DNA of 63,696 bases, filler included, from Choristocarpus tenellus KU-1152 (GCA_964200185.2; 13 parts of 13 records of this genome joined end to end with filler, not necessarily neighbours in it); one strand, 5' to 3'; shown: positions 51,437 through 63,696, numbered from the whole stretch's first letter. Made by a program: numbers and translations. Notes: generated from the letters alone by a model not told the origin.

Positions 51437-51559
51437 ATATATATTATTATACCCTCTGACAATTTGCAGATGTCTAAGGGGGGAAACCAATGAGAACTAT
51501 TCACATGTTAGTATAGGCCCTAAAGAAATAAAATATATCACAAGTGTGAAAAACATTGA

Positions 51560-51800
51560 TCTATTTGCTATTTTACTAATATCTATGTTATACCACCGCC
51601 TTCCTGTGCCTCCAATCTACCTATTCCTGTGCCTCAGGGTGAGGAGCTATGGAGGCATCCCAAGAATCCAACAACCCCTCCGTGCCCATCTCCCTGGCGA
51701 CTCCAGCTTAAAAAGTATGACATGTCTAGACAGTGCCACTTGTGTAGTTACTGAGACAATTTGGCATAGCCGGGATTTAACCGCTCCTTTCCTGCTATAA
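51560..51800 (-). mobile_element. Second, shorter copy of the same LINE 3' end
   Basis: Aligns with 51080-51325 (KGAVKSRLCQIVSVTTQVALSR). Confidence 0.7.
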
Positions 51801-52691
51801 TTCCAATCCAACCCCATCATGTAGGGAACACCCTCGTCAATATCCACTCTTCAATATATATATATCTGGTGGATGTACCAATGAGTACCATTGTCTGGGA
51901 TGGGAGATGGGAGAGTCATGTCATGTCAGATTATGTAAAAAAAGTAATAAGCACATCATAAAGCAGAGTCAGTGAGGGGGTGACCAGTACAGCAGTGGGT
52001 AGGGTCTAGTGCAGGTACTGTACGATCGCCAGAGACAGTAAGGGGTTTGGATGGTAGGGCAGGACCAGAGATGGGGCAGACAGCTCTGGGTCCAGACTGG
52101 GGCAGGGTCAAACAAGTCAAGGTTTTGTTGACACTTTCAATGCCTTAACCATACAACCACAAACGAAGTCCGACCATTGTCCCAGGCTTGGTTTGGGTGT
52201 ACTGTTACCAGAGGAAGTAAAGTCCTTTATCGAATGCTCACAAACGTCTAGTCTCAGCCCCCAAAACCTCCTGGTATTCACGATCATGTAGGATGTGTGG
52301 GTGTTTAAATTTGCCAAATATTTCCGTGTATAGTACACAAAGGATAACAATCATTATCCATATGCGATGAGAAAATCAACTGATCAAGGATTCATCAGGA
52401 AAACACAGCACAAACTAAGTTACTGCACATCTGCTATATTAGTTCAAATACAAGTTCTTACTATATACCTTCCAATTTTCTTGCAAGTTCCATCCTACTA
52501 CAAAAAAAAATACAGTCAACTGAAAGTAAAGTCATGGTACAGAATCTCAAAGAGGCAATCACTGACGTGCCTGACTGTGCCACGGAAACACAAATTAACA
52601 GGCGCAGTCAGATGCTGTCGCAAGGATATCAATCAACATGATTGAAAATTGATGAAGTTCTTGCAAAACAATGGCCAACTATACTGACAGT

Positions 52692-52951
52692 GAGTCAAAG
52701 TAAATGAGACATAAGTAGTTTTGACCGTTTTGCATTATAAGTCAGTTTTTCAATCTTTCGCAATTTACATATTTCTATGTCTATGGATGGAGTGCTAATT
52801 TGACTTGAGAGGATTGATTTCTCTATTCTTTGAGACTTTTCGACACAATTGGAAAAATTCCCTACACGCATTTGTACAAAATGTCGATTTTGCATATATT
52901 TGCCAACATCCTGAAAATGAAACTCTGGGTACCTCTCATTTACTTTGAATT
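52692..52951 (-). mobile_element. MITE family B copy
   Basis: TIR GAGTCAAAGTAAATGAGA ... TCTCATTTACTTTGAATT, 260 bp; interior is the reverse complement of 2867-3126. Confidence 0.75.
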
Positions 52952-54961
52952 GGTTCTTCATAATTCCCTGCAGCTAGTATAATCCAGCATGGTCGTACAA
53001 CATGGTGAACAGCACCACAGGATCACGGAAAGTATAATAAATTGAATGGTTGGCGATACTCACAAGGAAATAGTACGGTAATATTGTACTAGTAATGAGC
53101 TATGGAACAAGACCAGGTGGAATAGAAGAATAATTTTTGGGTGTGTTTACAATGAATTTCCGTTACTAACAAATGTTACACTAGTCCCTTGAATGAGGCA
53201 ACTTACAGAGATGAAATTATATAGATTGATGTGAAAGGGGAGCCAAAAGTAAGGACAGAATAATTGAAGTTACCCCTCTATTCTGCTTTTTATCCAGACT
53301 TAATAATACCATATTCTTCTTCAACAAGGTATATTACTCCAAAATGCCACAAGATACTGTACCTCACATTTTGAATCCCTTAGACTATCATACCATTTCA
53401 ATTTGAGACAGTGGACATGATTGTTTCAAGTTGACCACATTTTGGTAAGACAATTTATGCTCTTTCCTTCGATAATATCATTGTTATGTGCAAGTTGATT
53501 TATTTGCACCTGAGTGGAAGTAATGTGAGTCCTCTAGATTTACTTTCATTTATCTTGTTAAGGTTGTGTTCGTCTGAGAGTTATGGTGGTTGTAGTGTGA
53601 ATTTCAACTCACTCATGCTTCTTATTCTTAGTTTCAACCGAATGTGATGTGTGGGTTTGAATTTCTGGAGGTGTAATCTTCTTGTTACAGAGTTGATATT
53701 TCTGACTTGTCATCCATGGAATGAAAATAGCCAAGAGTGTGGGCATGTAGAATGAGTGAAGTGCTGTTCTGTGTAGCTTCGTGGAGGCAATTCTGAGTCT
53801 ATAGTAGCCAAACGGTGTGGAACTCTATGCATCTGACTCACGGCAGGTTCAAGATTCCTTCATTCACCTCTCATGTGAGGTACTTGGAAACAGCAAACAC
53901 AGTGGTACAAGATAAATTGCAAGCATTGCTCCTTGAAGTATTCACATATGCTTTCAAACTAGTAGATACAATTTCATAACCTATGAAACCACAGGTCAAA
54001 CATCCACATGTAATAGGTCATGCACGTTGTGGTTTCTCAAAGCGAAATGAACAATACTTACTAGTGTTAATTAACATCTTCTAGTTATGGATGGTAGTAG
54101 ACGTTTTGTTGATCAAAAAATCTTTACAAGTCACAAAAAGGACAGATTCGTTATGTGTAGAGCTCTAGTGCTCTTGGGGACAAAACATCTTCCACAGGTT
54201 CCAGCCACACTTGTTTGCCAACAGAACAACATAACAACCGTCAGATACCGCAAAGCAATAAACCTCCATACATTAGACATTAGTAGGTCTGTTTGCACAC
54301 TGACCCTATTACAGTGTCTCGTCCCAGGTTAGGTATGTAATTTGGGCAGCGAACATTACCATTAACGTGGTTTTGCCGATTAGCTGTCTTTATCATCTTC
54401 TGCATGCTGCACACATACACTATGACAACACACTACCAGAAGACTCTCCACATCATCATAACATTGAACTTAATGGTGATTGCTACAGCTACAGAACAGC
54501 ACCCCAATTCCATGAAATACAAGTGAAAGCCTACAGTGGTCACACCATAGTTCTCACATACTTGATGCACAATGAGAAGAAAGTGCAAACACAAAAAATA
54601 TCACAATCCAGAACAATAATGAGGTCTACTTAGTGCTTGCCAATGACTAGTATTTTCTCAGGATTCAAGTGCAAGTAAAACCCTCAAGCTGGTAACACAT
54701 TTTTGAGGAACCACATAAAAGATGGGAGCATGGTGGTCCTCCAGTACAAACCCTTGTTTGTGTAAGAGCATGAATCAAAGCCCATGGTGTTACAACATGG
54801 TGTGCAAAGGCACTGTGGTAAGGACCATTGCTGCATTCTAGGTCAGTTCTTCAAACAGAGATATTGGATTGTGTTGATAGCAAAAGTGCAGGTCAAGAGG
54901 AATAGTGAGTGGCACCCTACCATGAGCTGAGCTATTTGAAGTCATTGGTCTATTGCCGAGT

Positions 54962-56804
54962 CTAAAAAATTCCCACAGCAGTAGTCAAAGCAAAGACAAT
55001 AAAGAGAGTACCACCAATGTAGCCAATCAGCTTCTCAGAGATATACTGGGACAGCAGAGCACCTCCTGTCACTGCAATCCCTGGAAAGCATGGCAACAGC
55101 AAAAGTGAGAATTTAAGTCAATGTGCAGTATGCAATTGGGAAATGATCTCCAAGCACCTTCATGAGATCTGTGGTAAATGCTTCCCATAGGGAGCAGGGA
55201 AAATTTTGTCATGTACTGGGAAATCATTGCCAGGATAGAGAGGATCAGTATTGGCACCAAACAAAACCTAGTTTGTGGTACAACGAGGCAAAAAAATCAA
55301 GATCAGCCAAAAAGCCAAAAAAGTTGTCATGATATTTTCCTAAACTGTCAGTGTTATTTTAGGCACAATCTGACGTCCCCATAAGAACCAAAAATAATTT
55401 AAATGAAAATATGAAATGATCAGAAAGGATAACGAGACAAGTTGATAGCATCAGGTATACTCAACTGCGACTGAAATTAAACTACAAGGTATATGCACTA
55501 AATTTGCAAGTAGCTGAGAATATAGTAAAAAGCTCTATTCTGTGATGCTGAAAGATGGTGAGTGATTGCTTAACTTTGGACTACGTTTGGCAGCAAACAA
55601 CTTAACATATTCCAGTCACTGAAAACAATACCAGCCTGAATATCTGGACCTTAAAGTACAAGGATGAGATACTGCTTCAATCCAGGTGCATCACCTATGG
55701 CATGTCATGTAATGGAAAAGGAATTCCCTCCGGATTTGACCTGGTACTGATCGCTTGAAGTGGCAGAAGGCTACACAATACGGAAAGACTGAGCTCAGTA
55801 CACAAAATAATAGAAACATGAACCAAACAGTGCCCTTTCATATTAAGCACAAAACTTGTGCACGCAACTTCCCTATGCTAACACGGCTAACAACTCACAA
55901 AGTGATACATTGAACTGGAACAAATAAATAGAAAACAATAATAATCCAACATTTATCTCAAACAAATGCCTCACCAGTAGCGGATGCATGTGCAGCAATA
56001 GCACCTGTTGCAACTCCAACAGGACTCTGTGCAGCCCCCAATGCTATAGTGGTTAAGAATGACCTATCTCCGAACTCTGCAGCAAATACAAGTGAGAACA
56101 CTTGCAGGATCAATGCCCTGCACGGTCAGTGGGAAGGCAGATTAACCACTGCGAGAAGTGAAGTACATTGCACTACTGTAAACAAGGGACAGACAAGATG
56201 AATCTATTATAGAGTCTTGTAACCGCTCAAATTGGGACGGCACACCATACTATCCAAGCTCCAAACAGCTCTCGAACAAATACGTGAGAGACCACTCACC
56301 ACACTGTCTTCTTTTCACCAAGCTCTTTCACACTTTCCTCTGCCTCTGCCTTTTCCTCTTCGATCCCTTCGTTGGAATTATCGGGCGACTCGTATGCGTC
56401 TTTCAGTGTATTTAATCCAAAGTAAAGGAAAGCAGCTGCAGCTATGATATCGTCAAAGGGCAATCCGGAGGTGAACACGGCAGGTACAGAGTGAAATGCC
56501 ACTCCGAGAAGCACTGCAAGTATCGTCATCACGGCGAGGGCCCCAACAGAACCCGTGAAGGAAATTAAACGTGTCATTTTTGCTGCAAGAAGTGCTGCTA
56601 TGAAGAAAGTCTTGTCCCCTATTTCAGACACAAACACAAGAGAGAACGCCTGAAAGAACCCAGAGCTTGACAGACGATCGACCAGGTTTCCATCTACGGA
56701 AGAAGTGACCATAGGAACGGCTGCTTGGGCAGCCACCGCAGCATGGGGCCAGACCTGGCTGACCATGGCAGCTGCTCCTGCACAAAGGGCAAGCTTTCCT
56801 GCCC
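54962..56804 (-). CDS. GDT1/UPF0016 (PAM71-like) Mn2+/Ca2+ transporter; exons 56804-56300, 56117-55975, 55080-54962; 5' end cut by contig end
   Basis: Both signature motifs SEIGDKTF and AEFGDRSF, an acidic central loop, C-terminal [14 protein letters not shown]...stop; splice phases match. Confidence 0.95.
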
Positions 56805-56948
56805 NNNNNNNNNNNNNNNNNNNNNNNNNNNNNNNNNNNNNNNNNNNNTTAATTAATTAANNNNNNNNNNNNNNNNNNNNNNNNNNNNNNNNNNNNNNNN
56901 NNNNGACACGCATGCCACAATAACACAGGAAACCCCCATTTGGCAAAT

Positions 56949-57206
56949 GAGCCAAAGCATCTTAGAGGGTAGAGCTGCGTCCATTTGGGGTCCAAAATTC
57001 AAAGTTGTGATTTTCATGTAATTTTTTCCACCATGCTTGTTGGATAGTGTCAATATCCTCGTTCTGGACGTACATTTTTGTAACGTACACATTTTACCTG
57101 CTCCAAAACATTTTGGAGTAGGAAAATGTCCAAAGAATGCCCATGGGAAGCCAAGCCCAAACGGACAAACGGGGCAAAACTCGTACCCTCTAAGATACTT
57201 TCACTC
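56949..57206 (+). mobile_element. MITE family A, full length, TSD AAAT
   Basis: AAAT|GAGCCAAAGCATCTTAGAGGGTA ... TACCCTCTAAGATACTTTCACTC|AAAT. Confidence 0.95.
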
Positions 57207-57431
57207 AAATCGCACAGAGTGCTGAACAGACGCTCTCAAATGCACCCTCTCATGCATGCACGTGATTGTTTGAGCATGTAACAAGATAGTTGCTCTACAT
57301 TTCAACACTGTTCAAACAATATATATATATACCAAACACAAGACACAAGCACTATTGTGCCACACTTTCCTTCACGACAATCAAATACAAGTGCACCAGC
57401 CTAAGGGTAGTAAGTTGAGGTCTGTATCATT

Positions 57432-57688
57432 GAACCAAAGTATCTTAGAGGGTAAAGCGGTGTCCATTTGGGGGTTAAAATCCAAAGTTGTGATTTTGAT
57501 GTAATTTTGGCTATCATGTTTGTTAGTAAGTGTCAATACCCTTGTTCCAGACTCATCTTTTCATAATGTGTACATTTTACCTACTCCTAATCATTTTGGA
57601 GTAGGAAAATTTCATTAAAAAAACCATGGGAAGTCAAGCACCAAAGACAAACATGGCAAAACTCGTACCCTCTAAGATACTTTCACTC
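57432..57688 (+). mobile_element. MITE family A, full length (TSD probably ATTG, left junction eroded)
   Basis: GAACCAAAGTATCTTAGAGGGTA ... TACCCTCTAAGATACTTTCACTC|ATTG. Confidence 0.92.
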
Positions 57689-60600
57689 ATTGTCATAGCA
57701 CACAAGACGAAAAACAGAACACCCCAAGGTCCAATCGGTTCACCATTGATCTACTACCAAATTATATGAAAATACACACACACAATTTTCCCCATTGTGA
57801 CAAGAATGACTTGCTCTTTTCTTGAGGTCAGATTCAGGGAGATCTACAAAACACAAGAGATATCATTTTACATACTACGTAGTATTACTCCATTGCCAAC
57901 CAACCAGACACAACAGTAAGGGGAGAACCAACTCAAACCTCAGTTCATTGTCACGACCCACAAGCCACACAGATCACCACACCCTCACAATCCATTTTCA
58001 GGAGTATTCACTGAAGAATATCAAAACACACGATATCATCAGGGCAGGCACAAAGCTCGCTCCATATTTTGACACTCTCACAACAAGATTACACCAATCC
58101 ACAAGCACCATAACATCATCATTTGTGTTTCATTAAAAAACCCATCAAAGGCAATCAAGCAAGGTGTAATGCCACCCTTCAAGTAAGGCAACTGCATAGC
58201 AAAGCTCGATCCCCTCCCACCTTGGCACTAACATGCCCGAGCCTTCATGAGCCCATGGGGCAAATCAATTAGAAATATATACAATTCATTTTTCTTTACC
58301 CTTGAGAGCAAACAAACCTGTACAACAAGCTCCCGAACTCGACAATCCCTCTAGCCAAACACACCACCACAATCATTCCCGTGCACACAGCTCCCAGGAC
58401 CCTATGATCATGACAAGCACCAGCAATAGTGTGACGGGTTGTTAACACTTTCATTCAGTGGGTCTTAAAATGGTTGACCAACAAGCACATCAAGTAGTCC
58501 CTTCACAGCAAACTCGAGGGACCATAAGCCATTATCGCGAGATAGATTTATTTCTAGATTGAACTACAGTAGTATTGACCTCGGATAATTTACCCAAACA
58601 TTCTTCTTCAAAATCAACACCTCTACTCCCTACTGCATCAGTCCATATCCCCAGCAGTAATATCCAAGGTGTCCAGGACTTGTTCGATACTCTTGTTGTC
58701 AAGGAATCCATTGAACAAGCATACCCAATGCGTTGTCAATCTGACCACTGGAGAGTGACGAAATTGAGATGCTAGAAACAGTCGAGTTGTTGTTGGTGCA
58801 CAAACCAAACGAAACACAATGCCTACATTCATGTGTCATGAATGTTCAGGGCTTGATACAATATCACGAGAAGAGGTCACTGTTGTTCTAGTTCAAAGGA
58901 ATATCCTTGGTGCTGTATACACGCACATCTATTGATCAATGGTAGTTGATAATGCTTGTCACATTGTACAGTGCTTGTGAGTTGTTTCTGTCCAAAGGTA
59001 GGGATCCCCGATTGATCCTTCACTCATGAATACTTCTGAGACCATTAGTCCCATGAGGTGGATGACTAGCCAATGTGGTGATATACTTTAATTCGAATGC
59101 AGTTCTATGATCATAGACTGTGAGGAATGTTATATCAATTTGAGGAACTTAAAAAGCAGTGATACTACGCTTAGTACAAGTGATGACCACATGCCTGAAC
59201 CTGGCACAATGGCCAACTTGGGATACAAATAGGGCAGTTGTCATCAGCTAGGCCTTGAGCAACCAATTGGAAGCACTTAGTTGTTTGAGAGATCAAACCT
59301 CTGCTCCCACAGAGATAGTGAGAGGTGCATAGTATAAGCAACAGATGACTAAATTGTAGGACAAAGAGTATGTGTAAATTGTTGGGAAGCAGAATGGAGC
59401 ATTCAACATTGTACCGTAGAGGGGCCAACTTCTTGGGGTGGGATGGAGTAGTACGGGATACGTTTTGCTAGTGCTTTCTTGGTGTGTGACTATAGCAACC
59501 CCCAAATATAGTCAAGGGTGCCGCGTAGCTCAGTAGGTAGCACAGTTGTCCCACCTAAACTAACCCGAAGTTGCTTGTCGGTAACCAGTTCTACCTCTTA
59601 CTTCAAACACTCCACAGATGGAACCTTTTTGAAAAAAATTCAAAATGGATTCCTCATTTTTCTCATCTCTTCAAACAACTACAGGGGTATAAGGGAGTGA
59701 AGTGGTGTGACGATGGTTCAGATATCTACCGCATCTTGTCTAGCAGTATCTACTACAAGTACTACCCTCTTGACTTCTTAAGTGACTCAACAGGGTACAT
59801 TTCAGCAAGATCAGGATGGTATGCCACTCCGAAATGTAACCAAGACAGTATCACCTCTCTCAAACTCAATCTCTACTATGATACCATACCTCACCAAATA
59901 TGTGCTAAGGATTGCAACCCAATATAGAAATGNNNNNNNNNNNNNNNNNNNNNNNNNNNNNNNNNNNNNNNNNNNNTTAATTAATTAANNNNNNNNNNNN
60001 NNNNNNNNNNNNNNNNNNNNNNNNNNNNNNNNCCTTGATTCGAAGAGAGTGACTTGAGCTGTATAATGCTTGTGAAGGGGGGGGGGAGGGTATAATGTTT
60101 ATGTGTGTGTGTGTGTGTGTGTACTTTTGTGAAGAAAATTGATGAAGTTGAACTTAACAACTTTATTTCTTGTGCATGATGTAATTAATACAGTACCGGT
60201 ATGTATTGAGTGTTGTGTAATAGTGTCATGTAATAGTGTCATGTAATAGCTTGCAGGTGCTGATTGGTGGTGGTGGTAGTGGTGGTGGTAGTGGTGGTGG
60301 TCAGAGTTTATCTATATTATTAGCAAGATTTACAGAGACCAGAGAGAGAGAGAGAGAAGTGGAGAGATCATTTCAGTCCAGAGGCAGGTGGGGGGCAAAC
60401 AAACCATCCAATCGACTGACTGACTGACTGACTGACTAGAAATGTTTGGGTAGGGTTGAACTAAGGTTAGGGATAGGGTAGGGATTAGTGGTTTTGGACC
60501 ACCTTGGGTGCAGCGGCGCCACTCACTCTTTCCGATATAAATAGATAATATATGTATATATGTGTATATACTGACCTCGTTATATGTTATTGGTGGGTAG

Positions 60601-61368
60601 ACCTGCGTGAATGTTTGAACATTTTTTTCTTTATTTTTGTTGTAGGTGCTGTATATTAGTATAGCATTCGCAGTTGAGGTTAGGGTTAGGGTAATGTTTA
60701 CGGGTGGGAATGGGATACGTGTTGATTTGTGCTGCGATATTGATGAGGGTATATACCTTCTGCTGTCATTAGCAGTGTTAAATGGGTTTGTGGTTTGTTT
60801 TTGAAGCCGTTTGTACCTGCTTAGGTCCTCTCTTCTTTTTTCTTTTTTTTCTTGTCTGTTGGCCTGTACCAGTAGCTGTTTAGTTGTTTAGTTGTGTTTA
60901 TGACAAACAAGGACCTGCAGGTTATATTCTTTATCTTCTGTGCTATCTCATCTAATCTCATCTCTTGTGTTGTTCTTTTGTCTCCCTTCACCCCCTTTTT
61001 GTTTTTCTTTGAATGGTTCTTTTTGCCTTTTATTTTTATTTCTTTGGACTAATATGATAATAATAATAATAATACATATATTGTCAACCAGGGATTGAGA
61101 TACCTTAGACTATACAGTGATAATGATAATAATAATAATAATAACATCGATACATATATTGTCAACCAGGGATTGAGATACCTTAGACTATACAGTGATA
61201 ATAATAATAATAAATGTCTCTCTTAGTGAGCCAATCATAACTATCGCCTAGTTATTTTTTATTTTTTATTTGTATTTGAGTGCATTATGCTCCTCCTATC
61301 TACATTTACCCGCCCTTCCCCATATCAACCAATCAGAAAAACCTACTCCATGTATCGTGTTGTGTAAG

Positions 61369-62693
61369 GTACTTCAAGGTACAGATATCAGCCCTCCCAA
61401 TAGGCAAGTGTGGGTGGTCACCACAGCGGCATTGCCATGGATGACTGGTACATCTGTTAATCCACTCCTTCGGGCTGCGTATCTGGCTAAAGGCAGGGAA
61501 AAGGGGAAGGTGTGTTGTTTTATGTGTTACGTGTTATTATGGATTTTTCTGTTGGCACTGATCGTGTGTGTGTATGTGTGTGTATTATGGATTGTGGATT
61601 GTGTGTATTTTGTTAGTGGGTAGTTAGGTAGTTAAGTCATTTGGGCCTTTATTCATCTCCAGGTCGGTTAGGGTTAGGGTTAGGGTTAGGGTTAGGGTTA
61701 GGGTTAGGGTGTGTGCTCAGGTGTGCTTCACGATCAGTACCGTGATTTCAAAACCTTGACCTTAACCCTAACCCTAACCCCTAAACCAATCCCTACCTTA
61801 CTTGGAGGTTAAGTGTATTAGGTGGTGTTTGGTGGTTGTATTTGAAGAGGTCACTTGCTCGTTGTGCCATAGGAGTGATGTTCATTTTTTATTTTTTTTG
61901 GGGGGGGTGTTGAAGCTCAAGTCCTACGTTTTCAAAATTGATGGGTTCTTCGAGTTGTACATGGTGTATATTTTTTTTATTTGAACTAGTAGTAAGCACT
62001 CTGGTTCAAGGGAGTAACTGCAGAGTTGATAGAGTCGGTGGGAAGGTGTGATTGTGAAAGAAACTGATAATGGTGTGAGGTATTGATCATATACCTTCAT
62101 CGGCATGTTTATGTTTGTTGGAGGTATACCTTCTAATGTCATACTGGTCTGCCTTTCCCCCCAAATATCTGGTTAGCAGAAATGTCTGATTTGTCCTTAA
62201 AATAGGCAGATTACGAGGGGGGGGGGGGGGTTTCAAAAAGTTTACATCCCTGCCTTGATAATATGTAGCATAAAGGTAAGTAATAATGATACTGAAAAAT
62301 GTGGTTGGACACATGGATTATTTTTGAATATTTTTTGGAGTATATTGTAATAGTGTGTATTAGGACAATTGAAAAAATATGTAACTACATGTTTTTATAG
62401 GAGTGATTCCATTTTTTTGCTAACCAATATTTTTTTTCTATAAATTGTATGTTGTACTTTTTATTGTGTGGCGTATCTGATTTGTTTTTAGTATTACTAT
62501 TTATATCATTATTATTGGAGTATTTTATTGTTTATATGATCATTTATTGTTTATTCAGGTATCTCTGATGATCCCGTGGTTGTCACTGACAGACCAAGAG
62601 TTTGTCCTCCAAAAGAATGTGAGATTCGAGACCAGGGCAGACCAGGAGTCGTTCATTCGGAATTGGCTCAAGGATGCAGGCATGCCCCGAGAA
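61369..62693 (+). CDS. Digalactosyldiacylglycerol synthase (DGD family, GT4), exons 61369-61509 and 62559-62693 (partial)
   Basis: VVTTAALPWMTGTSVNPLLRAAYLA|VSLMIPWL...DQESFIRNWL matches the DGD1/DGD2 N-terminal motif; phase-0 junction. Confidence 0.93.
61666..61800. repeat. Interstitial telomeric repeats (TTAGGG)7, spacer, inverted (CCCTAA)n
   Basis: Seen directly; shorter TTAGGG/CCCTAA tracts near 5274, 5977, 11631, 11874, 13869, 17085, 21504, 22152, 27443, 60463 and 60679. Confidence 0.9.
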
Positions 62694-62728
62694 GTGAGTG
62701 AACAAAATAAGGACAAAAAAAAACATGG

Positions 62729-63070
62729 TAGTATGATGTACTATTGTTGAAGATTAGTATGATGTATTGTTGAAGACTAGTATGATGTACTGTTGAAGAT
62801 TAGTATGATGTACTATTGAAGATTATTATGAGGTATTGTTCAAGATTAGTATAATGTATTGTTGAAGACTAGTATCATGTATTGTTCAAGATTAGTATGA
62901 TGTACTTTTGAAGACTAGTATGATGTACTGTTCAAGATTAGTATGATGTATTGTTGAAGACTAGTATGATGTATTGTTGAAGACTAGTATGATGTACTGT
63001 TCAAGATTAGTTTAATGTATTGTTGAAGACTGGTATGATGTATACCTTTGAAGATTATTATGCGGTATAT
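62729..63070. repeat. 23-bp minisatellite, ~14-15 copies, in a DGD intron
   Basis: TAGTATGATGTA(T/C)TGTT(G/C)AAGA(C/T) head-to-tail with no spacers. Confidence 0.95.
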
Positions 63071-63508
63071 TGATTTGAAAATGAAAGTAGTGCAAATGTT
63101 GGTTGTAAAATGTACCTACCTGTAGCTATTTGTAACAACAGAAGATTTCCTGCATATTTGCTATCATCTTTGGGGGGGTAGGGAGGTACTGTGTTACGTC
63201 TCATTACTTCAAGCACTACATAATTTATATCTTTCTCTATAAATGTGCTTACTCCAGATTGTTTTGTGTTTTTGTTGAACATAATTGCACTACTTGCTAA
63301 ATGTTATGTTATAACACTATGTTGTCATTGAACACTTTATGTTATCACCTTGCTAGATGTTATGTACGTAAATTATGTACATGTTACATATGTTTCGGAC
63401 CAAAGTTTAAGGAGCACTGCACAGAGTGGTACGTATGTTACTGTCTCCTGTGTTACAGACATAACCTAACATAGTGTTGAGTGTTACATTGTCCCAGGTG
63501 TAAAATGT

Positions 63509-63663
63509 GGGTCAAAGTATCTGGCGGGCGGGGGGTGACGGCTGTCCATTTGGGGCCAATTTTGTTCATGTTGCGATTTTTTTTGTGATTTGGTTGTGTA
63601 CGTCGAATGGATAATTTAAATACACTTTTCCTGGTTATGGTCGAAATGGACACACTGGTATAG

Positions 63664-63696
<33 letters not shown>
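63509..63696 (-). mobile_element. MITE family C copy running into the window end
   Basis: GGGTCAAAGTATCTGG...GTCCATTTGGGGCC...ATGTTGCGATTTT...poly-C; reverse complement of 4653-4831. Confidence 0.8.

Noticed and set aside
57800-59900. Possible Gypsy/LINE coding relics (also 38930-40000, 17850-18480, 33420-33950, 45600-46400)
   Set aside because: They look like decayed TE sequence, but I could not read a diagnostic motif.
60257-60387. Gly-rich candidate upstream DGD exon
   Set aside because: Mostly microsatellite; its donor phase does not match the 61369 exon.
62729-63070. CRISPR-like appearance of the arrays at 24144, 41661, 50595 and 62729
   Set aside because: Head-to-tail units with no unique spacers, no cas genes, eukaryotic context.
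1-63696. Functional clustering of plastid-related genes (PPR, PAM71-like, DGD)
   Set aside because: They lie on different contigs joined artificially.

Overview
Eukaryotic nuclear DNA, not a single locus. Thirteen contigs are joined by 12 artificial 100-nt linkers (N44-TTAATTAATTAA-N44), so neighbourhoods across linkers are meaningless. GT-AG introns, a plastid galactolipid synthase (DGD), a PAM71/GDT1-type transporter, a PPR gene and interstitial TTAGGG repeats point to a photosynthetic eukaryote, most plausibly a stramenopile alga such as a brown alga (inference). Recognisable partial genes: ACAD10/11-type acyl-CoA dehydrogenase, Sfi1-repeat-like protein, PP2A B56 subunit, F5/8-type C protein, PPR protein, GDT1/UPF0016 and DGD synthase. 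The dominant feature is a set of three related MITE families (about 20 copies or fragments) sharing a G(A/G)nnnAAAGTA terminus. Family A has 4-bp target-site duplications of variable sequence, the Sola2 signature. A decayed, intron-containing ORF resembling a Sola2 transposase C-terminus carries one of these MITEs. Other relics: a DD39D-like mariner, Copia RT/RNase H with its 3' LTR, a solo LTR nested in a MITE, RLE-type LINE 3' ends, minisatellites and inverted telomere-repeat hairpins. All family assignments come from motif recognition; no searches were run.
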